DNA of 64,000 nucleotides from Lama glama (taxonomy: Eukaryota), in contig CM052817.1 of NCBI GenBank assembly GCA_028534125.1, forward strand, positions 45,572,001 through 45,636,000. The letters are read 5' to 3'. The notes under the pieces are model-generated. The model saw only the letters and a program-made list of their open reading frames with translations. It did not search any database and had not been told where the DNA came from. This document shows, piece by piece, positions 50,797 to 64,000 of this stretch. The translations under genes and the position numbers were made by a program. How positions within the stretch are numbered: the stretch's first letter is position 1; each line of letters begins with the position of its first letter.

Positions 50797-53654
50797 AAAA
50801 GTCCACAAACAAGAGGAATTCAATTCCATTCATCTGCAATGAACATCAGAAATTCTATTTGCCTAATAAATATCAGAACTAGGTATTTCTTGATGAAATT
50901 ATTAGTTTTCACTATATGTGGATTTCCTGGCGATCTTGTAGAGACCCACACAAGGCATAAACATCTAGCAGGCCCAGCAGTCTGCATCCACAGAAATGGC
51001 ACCCAGAGCTTGATTCCTCAATGGCCTGTTTCGACTACTAATTTGGAGACTTCTTGGTCTCCTGTCTCTGACTGATAGTTGGTTGAATCCTGCTTTCTTT
51101 GCTTCCAGTGAACTGCCCACAGAATGTTATGTCAGAGCTCTTGGAGGAACTGAGAGCTGGAACTCTGTCAAGTTTTGCCAAACTGGTGGTGTGATAGTTG
51201 CATGTTTCCTGAGAAATGCTAGTGTGCGTGTGCCAAGATTCTGTCCAAGACTTGCCTTCAGAGAGCTTATGGAGAGGAATCTCGTAACTGTTACCTATGA
51301 CTGACTGTTGATGTTTACCAGAAATCCCCTGAAAATTGTGCAGAACCAAGTTGGTCAAGATCTGAATGATTAGAAACAATTAGGTGATTCTGATTTGAGA
51401 AGCACCAAATTGACTTTCATCTTTTTTCCTGTTTAAATGGGGGACTGATGAAGATTGGGTAGTGGATTGGGTGAAGGCCAGATCTTTCTTTTTTAAAAAA
51501 AAGTCCTCTATAATCTTGGGGGTTAATCAATTAAAATAAAAGATTTAATAAAAAGCATTTGTTTTGGTTAGTAAAAAGGAAAAAAATTTGTTTTCCTCAA
51601 CACCTTCTTAAAACCCCACAGCCAAGAGCTTCCTGTGAGTGTTTCAGACTGAACTACTGCAAAGAGCCCCCATCTATGATTCAATGAAATTTGCAAAGTC
51701 ACTGTCATTTCACAAGCGCACATAATTGAGTTATATGTTTTTTTTTTTTTAAAATGACTTTCCTATCTTCAAGTGATAGGACAGACACATCTGGTAGAAA
51801 ATAATGTGTTTCATTAAAATGCTGTGCTTTTGATTCTACTATTATTGTTTGTGCTTGAATTATGCTAAGTATGACCCTTCAAGGCTAGTCTAGGAAAAAA
51901 AAATCATGGCTTAACATGATTTTTGCAAAATTTCTCATGATGAAAAAGCATTGGAATGTTTTTTGGAATAGATCTTATGGGAACAGATAACATTAATTCT
52001 TGAAATATTTAAGCCTATTCCTTCATAGATAGACAATAAATGCAGTGAAAATAATGTACTTTACATGTGTAATGGGAACAGTATAAATGTTTGTTGACAA
52101 ACTTTTTGATTGATATAGAGCAAGTGAAGGAAGTATTAAATGTGGCAGAAAGTTGAACAAGCATGTGGCAATGATATTATAAAACTAGTGTGTGACGCTG
52201 CTGAATATAGAAGAATATAGGAGCTTCTGAATCTTAAGAAATTAATGACTATAATGTGATTTTCGCGTGGAAGGCAAAACCATTAGGGAAGACATCCCTT
52301 CAACCTTAGATGGAAAAATGTCAGTAGCTGAAAGCCAAGGAGACCATTTTCTGCCTGGGAATTTGAATTGAAGAGAAAAGAGGATCATTAAACTGTTAGT
52401 GGGGATTTTTCAAAACTTTAAAGTGGTGCCCTTCGTTTTCACAAGACCACAATACATTCCTTCAAATCCATCAAGCTCATTTGCATCTCTGCATTGTTTA
52501 GTGGCAAAGGAGACCATGTTTATCTTTACCAGAGATGGTGCAACATTTTATAGTGGCTACTAAGTCGTCAAAAGAGGAGAAATTCTATTGCACATAATTT
52601 TAGTAAGTGTAATGATAAAATATTTGAGTTATGTGGATATCAAAATCCAACATGGAATCTAGTTCTGTCACGATCGATGGTCCTAAACATCCCTTCAACT
52701 TCTCAAATTCTACAGATGATGGTGACTTTATACTGTTTTGTTACCATTTCTTCTGGCTTTCTTTAACAATATTTACTGATCCTAGAACAAATGTACATTG
52801 AGAAAAACTTCCTTTTTCTCAGGAAATAGTAAAGGCTGCTAATTTGATATAATAGATTACCCCGTTTGTTGATATTTTAACACTGATTATACATCTGATG
52901 CCAAACAAACAACTCAATTTAGTTTGTCTGATAATTAAAGGTATGCTGGTTATTTGATGACATGTAAATCAAACAACAATTTGACTAAAATTTTAATTTC
53001 TTAATAGTTGCTTGGGTTTTTCCCTTCTAAAATTGCAAGTTATATTAAGGAACTTCCTGTTTTGTGTGTTGTGGTTCCCCAGAGAACAGAACATTAAGAA
53101 CAAGAATAGTTTAACAATGAAAAGAGACCAGGAAATGAGGGGGTGATGTGGGGGTACTATGTCAAGAAAATGGCAGAAATGCTAGTTAACTTTCTTGATT
53201 TATAGTAAACAAAATCTACTGTTTAATCACTATTCTATAGACTATTTCTTTAACAAGTCATGACTTTAATGATGGTCATGATATTTACTTTAAATTTTTT
53301 TCTCTTTCAAATTGTTTCTTTGTTCATCTCATAGCATGTTGTGTTTAATAGAAGCTAGGTTTGTGTTTTTTAAAATGGTATTTACAGAGACTATTTATGT
53401 AAATTCCCCACTCTGCTGTGGTAGCCTGATTCTTCAGATGCTCCTGCTGTTGTAGACTGGGTGCAGCTCTGGACTCACTCAACTGTTGAACTTGTAGGGG
53501 CTTTGGAGATGATCTTGCCCAACCCCATTTCACAGATGGTGAAACAGGATGAAAGAGGTTGAATGACTTGGCTCATGCTTGTTATTGGCAGGCCTTGAGC
53601 TCCAGCCTGGTTTTGTCCATCTCAATCAAATGATTTATTTTTTTTCTCTCTCTT

Positions 53655-54092
53655 AAGTTAAACTTTTATTTTGATTGCTGTATATTCACCTGCAGTTTTA
53701 AGACATAGTAGAGATTGTGTGTATCATTTACTATTTCCCCCAGTGGTAACATCTTGCAAAACTATAGTTCAATGTCACAACTGGGATGTTAACCTTGATT
53801 CAGTCAAGATACAGAGTAGTTCTATCACCACAAGGATCCCCCACACTGTTCTTTTATGGCTATACCCACTTTCTTCCCACCCAACCCACTCTTTGACTGT
53901 TGGCACTCATGCTAATCTCTTCTCCATTTCTATAATTTTGTCATTTCAAGAATGTTGTATAACTGGAAACATACAATATGTAATCTTTTGAGATTCACTT
54001 TTTTTTTCATTCAACATAATGCTCTGGGGATTCATCTAGATTGTTCTGTGTATCAGTTCGTTTCATTGCTGAGTAGTAGGGATATACCACGT
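53655..54092 (-). mobile_element. Old L1 (L1MC-type) 3' end
   Basis: tttcccccagtggtaacatcttgcaaaactatag...tccatttctataattttgtcatttcaagaatgtt. Confidence 0.85.
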
Positions 54093-55645
54093 TAACGCTT
54101 TTTTTTCAGAGATGATTTCTCTTCCAATCTTGGGGAATCTCAGCCATCTCTACTCTCAGGATTAAGAAACATATTTTTAAAGCAATAGTTCAATTTTGCC
54201 AATCCTCCTTTTATGTTGGGAGAGACTTAGGAAAAGTAATTGTAAAGACAGCAGAGATCCATAGAGTATAAAATATGTTTCATGGTACCTCAGCCTCCTT
54301 GTTTTATGATGAGAGTGGGGAGGACTCAGAGAGGGTCTCCATACTTCAGAGGACATTTCCTAAGGGATATGATGAGAAGAGACCATGTGCATGCAAGGCA
54401 GCCTTCTCAGGGGACCAATATCTCAACTATTAAACAGGCAAAACAGTTGCAGATCTCACCCCCACGTCACAAAGGAGATTTGCAGGTGCCAGTCATCATT
54501 ACTGAAAGTGGAGTGTGGCCAGAAGACATGATTTAGCACCTGTCCACTCTCGAAATGTGCTGTGGGTTTTAATGATCTGAAATAGCTGAGATTTGGCTCC
54601 TGCATTAAACCCTAAAGATAGGTTCATTAGAAAGGCAAAATGCTCATAGGTGAAGAATGTGTTTTAATTCTTGAACTAAATTTTAGTTCAACTCACAGTG
54701 GGCTGTCAGGCATTTGCCCTGTGGACATTCAGAGGTCAGAAAAACTTCCATAATGTCAGAACTGTCAATTAAGAGATGGGAGGTCACAGAACCACACTCC
54801 AGCTCCTCATCTATCAGTGTATTTATGTGTTCTAACCATTTGAAGATGACTTGAAGACATGGTAGTAGAGGGAGGAAGAAGTGACCTAGAGAATAGTGGA
54901 ATTAGAGTATGGGGTTGAGGGAAGCACAGTTATTTGAAGAACTATTAGATGAAAGACAAAGACTATGGAAACAGAAAACAAGTAAAGGTAGAGGGTGGGG
55001 GAATATGACATAGCTTACAAGATCTGATAGACAGTTTTAAAGAAATATTCCTTAATGTAAAGTGAGGTATGCATGTGGTGTGAACCCTAGAATGCTTGGA
55101 GGTGAAATAATGGGGAGGTAAGGGGCATGGGAGAGGGACTTGTGCGGGGGCATTAGGAACTCTTACGGCCAAGCTGAGTAGGTCTCAGGCACTGGAAAGG
55201 ACTAGAAAGAAAGTACCTATTCATTTAGATCCTTATTTTCACATCAGTGGTTTTAATTTGAAGTTGCCTGTCTTTCACTCAGTAATTAAATGTCTTTTTA
55301 ATGCCGATAAATTTTCCTGCCAGTGCTGTGAAATCCGTTGTGAAGCTGAAGGGGTAATCAGACTGGAATTAAAAAATGAACAGTTTGGAGAGTCGTTTCT
55401 GTGACTTCTGGGGTCAGAAATAATTTATCATCCTTCAGAAAGCCAGGCTGCTTGTATCTCTGCCTGCTCTGATTTCTGCTAGCTTATCCCTATTGTGGAG
55501 GCTGGCTTTGAATTTTGCCCATAAACACTTAGATATGATTTTTATGTAACATGTTTCTCTCTCTAGTGTCTTTCATTCCCAGAGGTGTGTTCTCATCAAG
55601 GTTAACTCCAGTCACAAATAAGGAGTTATCAAAATATCTAGGCTG

Positions 55646-57400
55646 TGGAAAGATATTCCATGTTCTTGGACTGGAAGAATTAATATTGTTAAAATGGCCA
55701 TACTACCCAAAGCAATTCACAGATTTAATGCAATCCCTATCAGATTACCCAAGACATTTTCACAGAACTAGAACAAATAATCCTAAAATTTGTATGGAAT
55801 CACAAAAGATCCAGAATTGCCAAAGCAAAAGAATGAAGAAAAAGAATGAAGCTGGAGGAATAACCCTCCCCAACTTCAGACAATACTACAGAGCTACAAT
55901 CAAAACAGCATGGTATTGGTACAAAAACAGACATATGGATCAATGGAACAGAATAGAGAGCCCAGAAATAAACCCACAAACTTTTGGTCAATTAATCTTT
56001 GACAAAGGAGGCAAGAAAACACAATGGAGTAAAAATAGTCTCTTCAGCAAATGGTGTTGGGAAAACTGGACAGCTGCATGTAAATCAATGAAGTTAGAGC
56101 AATCCCTCACAGCGTACACAAAAATAAACTCAAAATGGCTTAAAGACTTAAACATAAGTATATAACTATAACCTTCTTAGAAGAAAACATAGGCAAAACA
56201 TTACCTGACATAAATCTCAGCAATATTCTCTTAGGGCAGTCTACCCAGCCAATAGAAATAAACAAATGGGACCTGATTAAATTTGTAAGCTTTTGCACAG
56301 CAAAGGAAACCATAAACAAAACAAAAAGACAACCCATGGAATGGGAGAAAAATATTTGCAAAAGGTGAGACTGATAAGGGCTTAATTTCCAAAATACAGA
56401 AATAGCTCATACAACTTAGTAAGAAAAAAACAAACAACCTAATCCAGAAATTGGCAGAAGACCTAAACAAGCAATTCTCCAATGAAGACATACAAATGGC
56501 CAATAGGCACATGAGAAGATGCTCAATACTGCTAATTATCAGAGAAATGCAAATCAAAACTACAATGAGATATCACCTCACACCAGTCAGAATGGCCATA
56601 ATTCAAAAATCCACAAATGACAAATGCTGGAGAGGCTGTGGAGAAAGGGGAACCCTCCTACACTGCTGGTGGGAATGCAGTTTGGCACATCCACTGTGGA
56701 AAACAGTATGGAGATTCCTCAAAAGACTAGGAATAGACTTACCGTATGACCCAGGAATCCCGCTCCTGGGCATATATCCAGGAGGAACCTTACTTCAAAA
56801 TGACACCTGCACCCCAATGTTCATAGCAGCACTATCTACAATAGCCAAGACATGGAAACAGACTAAATGTCCACCAACAGAAGACTGGATAAAGAAGAAG
56901 TGGTATATTTATACAAAGGAATACCACTCAGCCATAAAAAATAATAAAGTAATGCCATTTGCAGTAACATGGATGGATCTGGAGATTGTCATTTTAAGTG
57001 AAGTAAGCCAGAAAGAGAAAGAAAAAAACCATATGATATCACTTATATGTGGAATCTAAAAAAACAAAAGCCAAATGAACTTACTTACAAAACAGAAACA
57101 AACTTACAGACATAAAAAACAAACTTATGGTTACCAGTGGTGGAAGCAGGGGGGAAGGGATTGGGAGTTTGAGATTTGCAGATACTAACTAATATATATA
57201 TAAATAGATAAGCAACAAGTTCATACTGTATAGCAAAGAGAACTATATTCACTATCTTGTAGCAACTTATGGTGAAAAAGAATATGAAAACAAATATATG
57301 TATGTTCATATATGACAGAAACATTATGCTGTACACCAGAAATTGACACAACATTGTAAACTAACTATACTTCAATTAAAACAAAAAAACAAACTCTATA

Positions 57401-57477
<77 letters not shown>

Positions 57478-57496
57478 AAGTTAAAAAGATACCAAA
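55646..57496 (+). mobile_element. Young 5'-truncated L1 (ORF2 C-terminal part, 3' UTR, extended tail)
   Basis: ORF2 peptides [23 protein letters not shown] and [18 protein letters not shown] (CCHC), with frameshifts; candidate TSD aaaatatctaggctg / aaaaaatctagactg. Confidence 0.97.
57396..57477. repeat. (TA)n(CA)n compound microsatellite
   Basis: Direct reading, within the L1 tail. Confidence 0.9.
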
Positions 57497-58124
57497 AAAA
57501 AATCTAGACTGCTGGTAAGTTGAGGCAGGTGTGAAGTTTCAGGTGAGATTATTACAAATTCCCTGGCTCTTTCTACATTGGATGGTAAGTATGAAAATTT
57601 AGTTGGATTCCCTTCTTGTGGTAGGACTCAACCTCCACCCCTGTAAGTCCAGAGGGCCACTTCTGGTCTCCCCCCTAGGCGGCTGCTGTGGTATTGCTGC
57701 TAACTATTTATGCAATTTCTGTCTTCAGGTTTCAGATTTAACAACAAAGCTTGTTGGTTTCATAAAGGAGAGAAATCAGCCTTCTCCAGAAGTGCATTCT
57801 AGGGTTGGGTAGGGTAGGTACATCCTCCAAGTAAAGGAAGCAGTGCAAAGGAGAGTGAAGTGAAATGGATGGCTCCTCTGGGGCTGCCTCCAGCACCAGC
57901 TTTTGGCACTGAAGGTGTAGAAAGGAATTGGTGCTAGTTTCCCAAAGAAGTTTGTCTTTGCCAAGTCTCCCAGGAGGGACAGGACCTCATGGCTAAAGGA
58001 GATTTTGAATTAATGGGTGCCATCTTCTTGAAAAAACAATCCATCTCCCACCCTTTACAGCACTGATATTTTTGCTTGCTCTTGGTGTCTCTTCATAGGC
58101 AAGAGGGGCATAAAAAAGCAGCAT

Positions 58125-58308
58125 AGAAATTCAGAGCATAAACTCTAATAAACCAGCCTTCTTGGGTTTGAAATGAAGCGTTGCCACTTATGTAAGCTTT
58201 GCACATGACCTAACTATTCAGTGCCCTAATTTTCCCTCTTCTGTAAAGTAGGGATAATACTACCTATTTCACTGGGGTTTTTTTGTAAAGATTAAGTAAG
58301 TTTATAAA
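58125..58308 (+). mobile_element. MIR SINE
   Basis: tgggtttgaaat...gccactta...ctgtaaagtagggataatactacctatttca. Confidence 0.7.
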
Positions 58309-58818
58309 TGTATTCCAATTATCTATTTCTGTAGAAGAACTTCAAACTTAGTATGTTAAAACAACAATGATCATTTTACTATTATTGCTCATGGTTGTAG
58401 CAGTTGATTGGGTTCAGCTGCACCACTCCTATTCAGGATCTCCTATACAGATGCAGTCAAATGGTGGCTGGGGCTGAAGACATCTTGACCTCGGTGGGGC
58501 TGTTGTTTGGAACACCTCCATCTGAACTCTCCATGTGGCTTGGGCTTCCTCGCAGCATGGAAACTGGGTTCCAAGAGCAAATGTTCCAATAGACCCATAT
58601 GAAAGGTGTGTCACCTTTAATGAAATAGCCTCAGAAGTCACATCGCATCACTTCTTCCAGAAGCCACTGAATGAAGGAGTCGTAAAGGTCCATTCTGTCA
58701 GGGGAAAGGTCAAAGATCCTACCACTCAGTAAGAGGAGTGTCAACATCATTCTGTAAGAAGAGTGTAGGGGATGGGGTAGATTGCGGTACCCATCTTTGG
58801 AAAAACCAATATGCCACA
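58309..58818 (-). mobile_element. MaLR LTR (MLT1-like) inserted in MIR
   Basis: tgtattccaattatctatt...ctccatgtggcttgggcttcctcgcagcatgg...ccatctttggaaaaaccaatatgccaca. Confidence 0.85.
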
Positions 58819-60391
58819 GAATGTAGACCATATAGAACAGTATCTGGTTCAGGTGAATGCTCCATAAGCATTAGTTATCATCATTTACTGGATTCCAAGC
58901 CTACTGATCCCCAAATGGGACAGCTAACCATGTCTTATCCCAGCCTCATTTCTGAAGAAAGTTTGGGTAAAAGTTACCCTTAACCTTGTGGTTTTAATGA
59001 TGCTACTACAGATGGGTGTCTAGGGCTGTGTGAGGGGGAATTCCTAGGTCTGAGACTGTTGTATCTTTGGCAGTCAACCTTGAGGTGAAGGACAAGGATG
59101 AAATTCAAGCTAGCTTGGAAATGTGCCTGGGTCATTTGGTCATAGCATGATGACGATGATGTGGGAAAGTAAGTCCATTTCACTCCAGCACAGTTCACCC
59201 ATACACTTTCCAAGTGACCCAGCATAATTAATCTCCAGAAGGAGCTGACTACAGTCCCACCTTTGTGTCTACTGAGGCTTGTAAGCTTAGGATATAGCTG
59301 AGTAAAATTTTCCTTGACAGTGGGCAGTGTCCCTCCAAGGCTGAATGCCCCTGAAGCCAATCATCTCGTGGACAACTTGGGAACGGTTTGTTTGACTTTA
59401 GAGTGACCCTCATCTGAACCTGAATCTCAACGGTGAATGGATTAGGTAGTTTAGTCATGGGAACCCTAGTCCAAAGCCAGAGCTTTAGCGCTTTTGTTGC
59501 AAGCAAATGAAACAGAGGAAACAGCTTCTTGTGGGCCATCTGCTTTTTTATGGACCAAATAGCACCACCAACAAGCCTTGGGCCATGGGCGGTGTTGACA
59601 GACCGAAGCAGCTTTCTCCAAATATGTGTGGAAACTCCATGACTCATTTCCCTTTTCCTAATATGATATCTGCCAATTTAAGGCAAAAAAAAAGTTAAAC
59701 AGTAGCTTTGTTCTTCTTTTCAGAGAAAAGAATCTATATGACTCAAACAGGAAAGCAAAACAACTAGAAACTTTAGAGTGGCCCTAAAAATGTTCAAATG
59801 TGAAAACCACAAGGGAGGCTTGCACTGTCTATGTAGATATAATTCAGCTGTGTGTAAATTTACCTAAGGTTTTTGTCACTTAGATATAGCCTTCTAAAGC
59901 TTCTCATGGAGATTCTGGGATTAGAGTGAGCTACCTGTTAAATTTGGTGGTAACTCCGCAGTTCATTGTTAAGTCCTTGTGGATGGATTGCATTGGCTCA
60001 GTATTGACATAAAGGGAGTGGTAAAAGCGAACAGCCCAGACCTCCACATCAGAGTCTCACATTGGCTTGTTCCATCTGCTCGTGGCCTTGAGAGGAATCC
60101 TGAATAGAACTGCCTTTCTGTAGATCCGCTGAGGGAGAAATGAGATGATCAGAGGAGGTCACGGGTGGGTGAATGATTCTAACTAATTCATGCTCATAGT
60201 GCAGAGGCCAACGAAGAATGAAGGGAACATAAGGAACAGGAATTAAAAAATAATAAGAGAGTTTATTGTATGAGATGACATTGCCATCTGAGGACTGATA
60301 ACATCTGATTATTGTTCTAGGCTGACATTTCAGGCTGCAACTCTTATCCCAAACCAAAGCAAAGATTAATATGAAATATTTGTATAGCATC

Positions 60392-60670
60392 TGTGTCTTG
60401 GCTTGAATCACCTGAAATCAACACAGATAAGGGCTTAGGTTCAAGTCATTTATTTGAAAGGCAGTAAGCACAAATGAGGGACAAAGAGAAAAATCAATAA
60501 AAGGTGTGTTAATGAGCCGTGGGCACCTAGATCTCAGTCCTCCTGGGAACACTTTGAAGAATTATGTTTAGCACATCTCAGAATTGTCCCACAAAAGGAT
60601 AAGGAATCTGGGGCAATTAGTCTTTAGTTTCCCTCCCTTTGTGGCTGAGATTTGCCCCTAAGGATGTTCA
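60392..60670 (-). mobile_element. ERVL LTR fragment (LTR33-like)
   Basis: ttcaagtcatttatttgaaagg...caataaaaggtgtgttaatgagc...ctcagaattgtccca. Confidence 0.65.
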
Positions 60671-61414
60671 CTTTCAATCTTTCTCATTTTTTTCTTTCTC
60701 TCTCTCTCCTCCTCCCTTCCTTCTTTCCTCTTGCTCTTTCTCTTTTTTCATTCCATTCATCCATCTATGCTAGGCTTGTGTATTAATTAGACTCTAGTGA
60801 TAATGTAAAAACCATGTCCAGTTGAATTTTGATTGAATATATCTAGGTAGATAAATAAATGTTAATGGAACTATTCAGAAAGGCATAGGTAGCCTGTCCG
60901 CACTTTCTCTTATAAAACAGTATTATCTCATCCGTCTGAAATAGGGGGAGAAGATATATTACCCCATCCACCATCTGGTCTCAGGACAAAATGACTGGAG
61001 TTTGTTCTAAAAGGTAACTGGCCATTCAGTCCTCTGTTTCGTGGATTCTACTTTTAAAAGAGTCAGTGTATTATGCCTCCCCAAACTCACACTGCTTCTT
61101 CTGGATACATTCAGAACCTGAAACTTTTAGAGAAGAATAAAGCAGGATGCATTAAGGGCCTGAGATGAAGCGTTGACTCTTGAGAGATCTGGTTCCCTTG
61201 AATAAAACTATGGAACTAGGGAAAGAGACCAGGCAACATTGTATCCTGGGTATTGTCATTTTCAACATACTCCAGTAATTCAGAGTATCAAAGAATCAAG
61301 CAATGGGGTTAGAGGGTCATTTTAATTCAGTACATTAAAGCTGCATATAACAAATGCCTGCTCAATACAAGAAACAAAAAAGAGGGCTTTGTACTAAGTC
61401 TTTGAAATCTAATG

Positions 61415-61520
61415 TATATTTTATTTTATTTATTATATATATTTTAAATTGAAGTAGTGGGTTAATAATGTGCTAATTTCTGGTGTATAGCATAGTGATT
61501 CATTTATAAATATATATACA
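61415..61520 (-). mobile_element. Tiny L1 3' terminus
   Basis: ttttaaattgaagtagt...tttctggtgtatagcatagtgattca. Confidence 0.7.
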
Positions 61521-62654
61521 TCATTAATAATTTTTGTATTGATAACATATTACCATACTAATATTTTGGATGCAATACTAAGTTAAATAAAATATATTAA
61601 TACAATTAAAAAAAAGAGGACTTTGCTTATCATGTTGCTTTCCAGATGCCAATCTAGGAACCAGCTCTCAGGAGGATGGGAATTCTGGCAAATACTGATG
61701 GCTCTTTCCTCATTTGATGATGACTACATAAAGAGAAAAAACAAGAACAATATGAAATCTGTGGAAAGGTGAAGGAAGGGAAATATTCTGAAGTCTCAGA
61801 GAACGTAGCTACAAGAACGGAAGCAGTATATACCTAGGGATGAATAAGGATATTTATGACTAAGGAACCAGTAGAAGTTTTTAAAAAATGTTGGGAGTTC
61901 TCAATATCATTCAAGAAAACTCAGACTCTATGAAATAGAAAATCATAGGGAGAGAAAAGACTGAGATAGGAAGACAATGCATGTATGGAAAAGTAATACA
62001 AGCCCCCTTTTACAAAGGGAAAATATGAAATCAAAAATACGTGTCTTCTTTTAAAAAGACAGTCTGCTTGAAGGAAAACTAAAAGGCAAATCTTTTGAAT
62101 CTAAAAATACTATGTTTATTTAGATGCTGTGTTGCAAATTCCCTGCCCTGTTTATAAGGACACCGAGTTTACAAATTAGTAAACAGTAAAGAGCTTTTGT
62201 TAGCTGACTTATTAACTAGAGGTAATGTTCTCAACTACCTAAATTTGATTTAGTCTTGCTGCTTTATCATAACTGACAAGGTCCTCTGTTGTGTTTTCCC
62301 ATCATTCATAGTCAAGCAAAATGGATGTCCTTGTCAAATTGTTTTATTAGGGAGCTTGTATTTATCAGTCTGAAATTTAAACATTACTGTTTTTATAAAT
62401 TTTAAAGTTGGTGAAACAAATTTTAGGTAATTGTAAGGAGATGTGAAACTTGGCTAGTGTAGGAGATGGTAAGAGTTCATTCATGTGACTGTGTAATTCA
62501 TTTCATATGTTAGAAACATATGTTGAACTCACTGGATTTTCTCCCTTTCTCCTTTCTGCTTCTTTTTGGGGTTTTGTTCCTCTATATAGATACACAGTAT
62601 AATTTTTGGAATTTGAGACAACAGACCAGTGTTGTCTTTTCCCTACAATGGTTT

Positions 62655-63095
62655 AAAAATAAAAGTGCTCCCGGAAATGCCTAAACTAAAAGTATAATGG
62701 TGAATGAGACATTGAAAGCTAACAAAGAAACTAGGAATGCAACAGCAGTAAAAAGTAGAATTTACACTGCAGAAACCTATTTAGAACATGAGGGAATTTC
62801 CCCATGAGCTTGGGAAAAAAAAGGTAAATTAAAAAGACACACACTTTATGAAAGTGAAGATTATTGGCATGGAAATAGAGAATCAGTAATTCATATTCAG
62901 AAGCAGAGGTGTTTCATGGGGGCAGAAACAGAAACAATGAGAACAAAAACCATGATCAAATAAAAACTATTTGGAACTTCAGTGAGAATGAGAGAGAGAG
63001 AGAAAGGGATGGAGGGAGGGAAGAAAAGAGATGCAGAGTGATTGGCTGATAGGCCTCCTCACATTCCAGGCTAAACCAATGCTAAGAGCCCAGTG
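62655..63095 (+). mobile_element. HAL1/L1 ORF1-like relic
   Basis: A-rich coiled-coil-type relic (agtagaatttacactgcagaa, aggtgtttcatggg) ending gataggcctcctcacattccagg (resembles ERAHRVPG). Confidence 0.45.
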
Positions 63096-63107
63096 TGGGC
63101 CCACATC

Positions 63108-63635
63108 CAATAGCGTGCTGGAGAAAGCTCACACGAACTTGTGAGATCTGATTTTTGCGTTTTCAGAAATTCTGTGAGCTGGTCGTTAAACATAGCCATT
63201 ATCAAAAGCAAAAGGTCATAAACTTACAATTAAGTAAATTATATGAAGAACAAAGATAATAAATAGTCAAAACATCACTGCACAATTATTTTATGACATG
63301 TTACCATTATCTGTGCTCTCGAGGTTATTTACGCCTACTGCATCTGTGTAGAGGGAATACCACACAACCGTGTGCTGCCCTGTATCTCTTCCCGACTCTG
63401 GGCTCAGTGGCATCACGTTGGTTATTTGAAATCAGCCATGGTGGGAGTATTTACAGCATTGAAATCAATAAATGCTACAAATCAGGGCTTAGTTTATTGT
63501 TTTGTTGGTTATCTAGACTTGCAGAAAGTAGATGGAGAAAGCGTTAATAATGGAGATTGATCTTAACAGTGTGTCATGTTTATAATCATTATGTCGTGCA
63601 TAGCACCAAAAAATTGAAGAAACATTCTTCCCGCA
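63108..63635 (+). mobile_element. hAT-Blackjack MER63-like DNA transposon fragment
   Basis: caatagcgtgctggag...gttaaacatagccattat...gaaatcagccatggtgggagtatttaca...gctacaaatcagggctt match recalled MER63 consensus. Confidence 0.85.
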
Positions 63636-64000
63636 AATAAGTTAATAATAATTAAAAAGAAGGGAATAGAATAATTATCATAATTTGTCAGTGGTTGTAT
63701 TGATTTCCTGGTTCAAGACATCTAAGATATAGAAAGAGCCAGGCTTTATAAGCTCTGTAACATTATTTCTTGAATGTTTAAAAAGGAATTTGCTTTATTC
63801 TCTCAGGTTCCTGAGAAATATCGGTTTTTCTTATCTCACTCTGCTTGCAATTTTGTTTGTTTGTTTGTTTTGGATTGTTTGTAAGTTAAGATAGTTCTCC
63901 TTTCTATGGCACTTCTGTTAAATGGCTTTGTTTCCTTTAATCTATAACCATATTATGGCTCTTACCCTTTTCCATTTCCAAAATATTTGTCTTTTTTGTT

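Noticed and set aside
51090..51200. Acceptor-like ctttctttgcttccag followed by a short open frame
   Set aside because: Peptide not recognisable and no good donor; cannot support an exon
51899..51924. Hairpin aaaaatcatg-gcttaa-catgattttt
   Set aside because: A 10-bp AT-rich stem is expected by chance and is too short for a pre-miRNA
55551..57059. 204-aa and 202-aa ORFs as a gene or host-L1 fusion
   Set aside because: Frameshifted pieces of a truncated L1 ORF2; the N-terminal extension is chance open flank, and there is no endonuclease or RT core
1..64000. CRISPR arrays, operons or prokaryotic defence systems
   Set aside because: The sequence is mammalian; there is no repeat-spacer array or gene-dense segment

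Overview
AT-rich, CpG-depleted eutherian DNA that looks intergenic or deep-intronic. It is probably camelid: many young cetartiodactyl-type L1 3' ends are present, and I saw no Bov-tA, CHR or PRE1 SINEs (inference only). No convincing host coding exon, tRNA or rRNA was found. The long ORFs are L1 ORF2 fragments or microsatellite read-through. The window is mostly layered transposon fossils: L1, L2, L3/CR1, HAL1, MIR, ERV1/ERVL/MaLR LTRs, Tigger/MER44 and MER63. The most notable item is a near full-length, heavily decayed hAT (Ac/ZBED-type) transposase gene at ~6340-7975, with its motifs from the BED finger to the hATC domain still in order. Also notable are a TSD-bounded L1 with a replaced 3' end, two 5'-inverted L1s, a young ERV1-type solo LTR and an unexplained 75-bp duplication. 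Repeat family names come from recalled consensus sequences and need Dfam/RepeatMasker confirmation.
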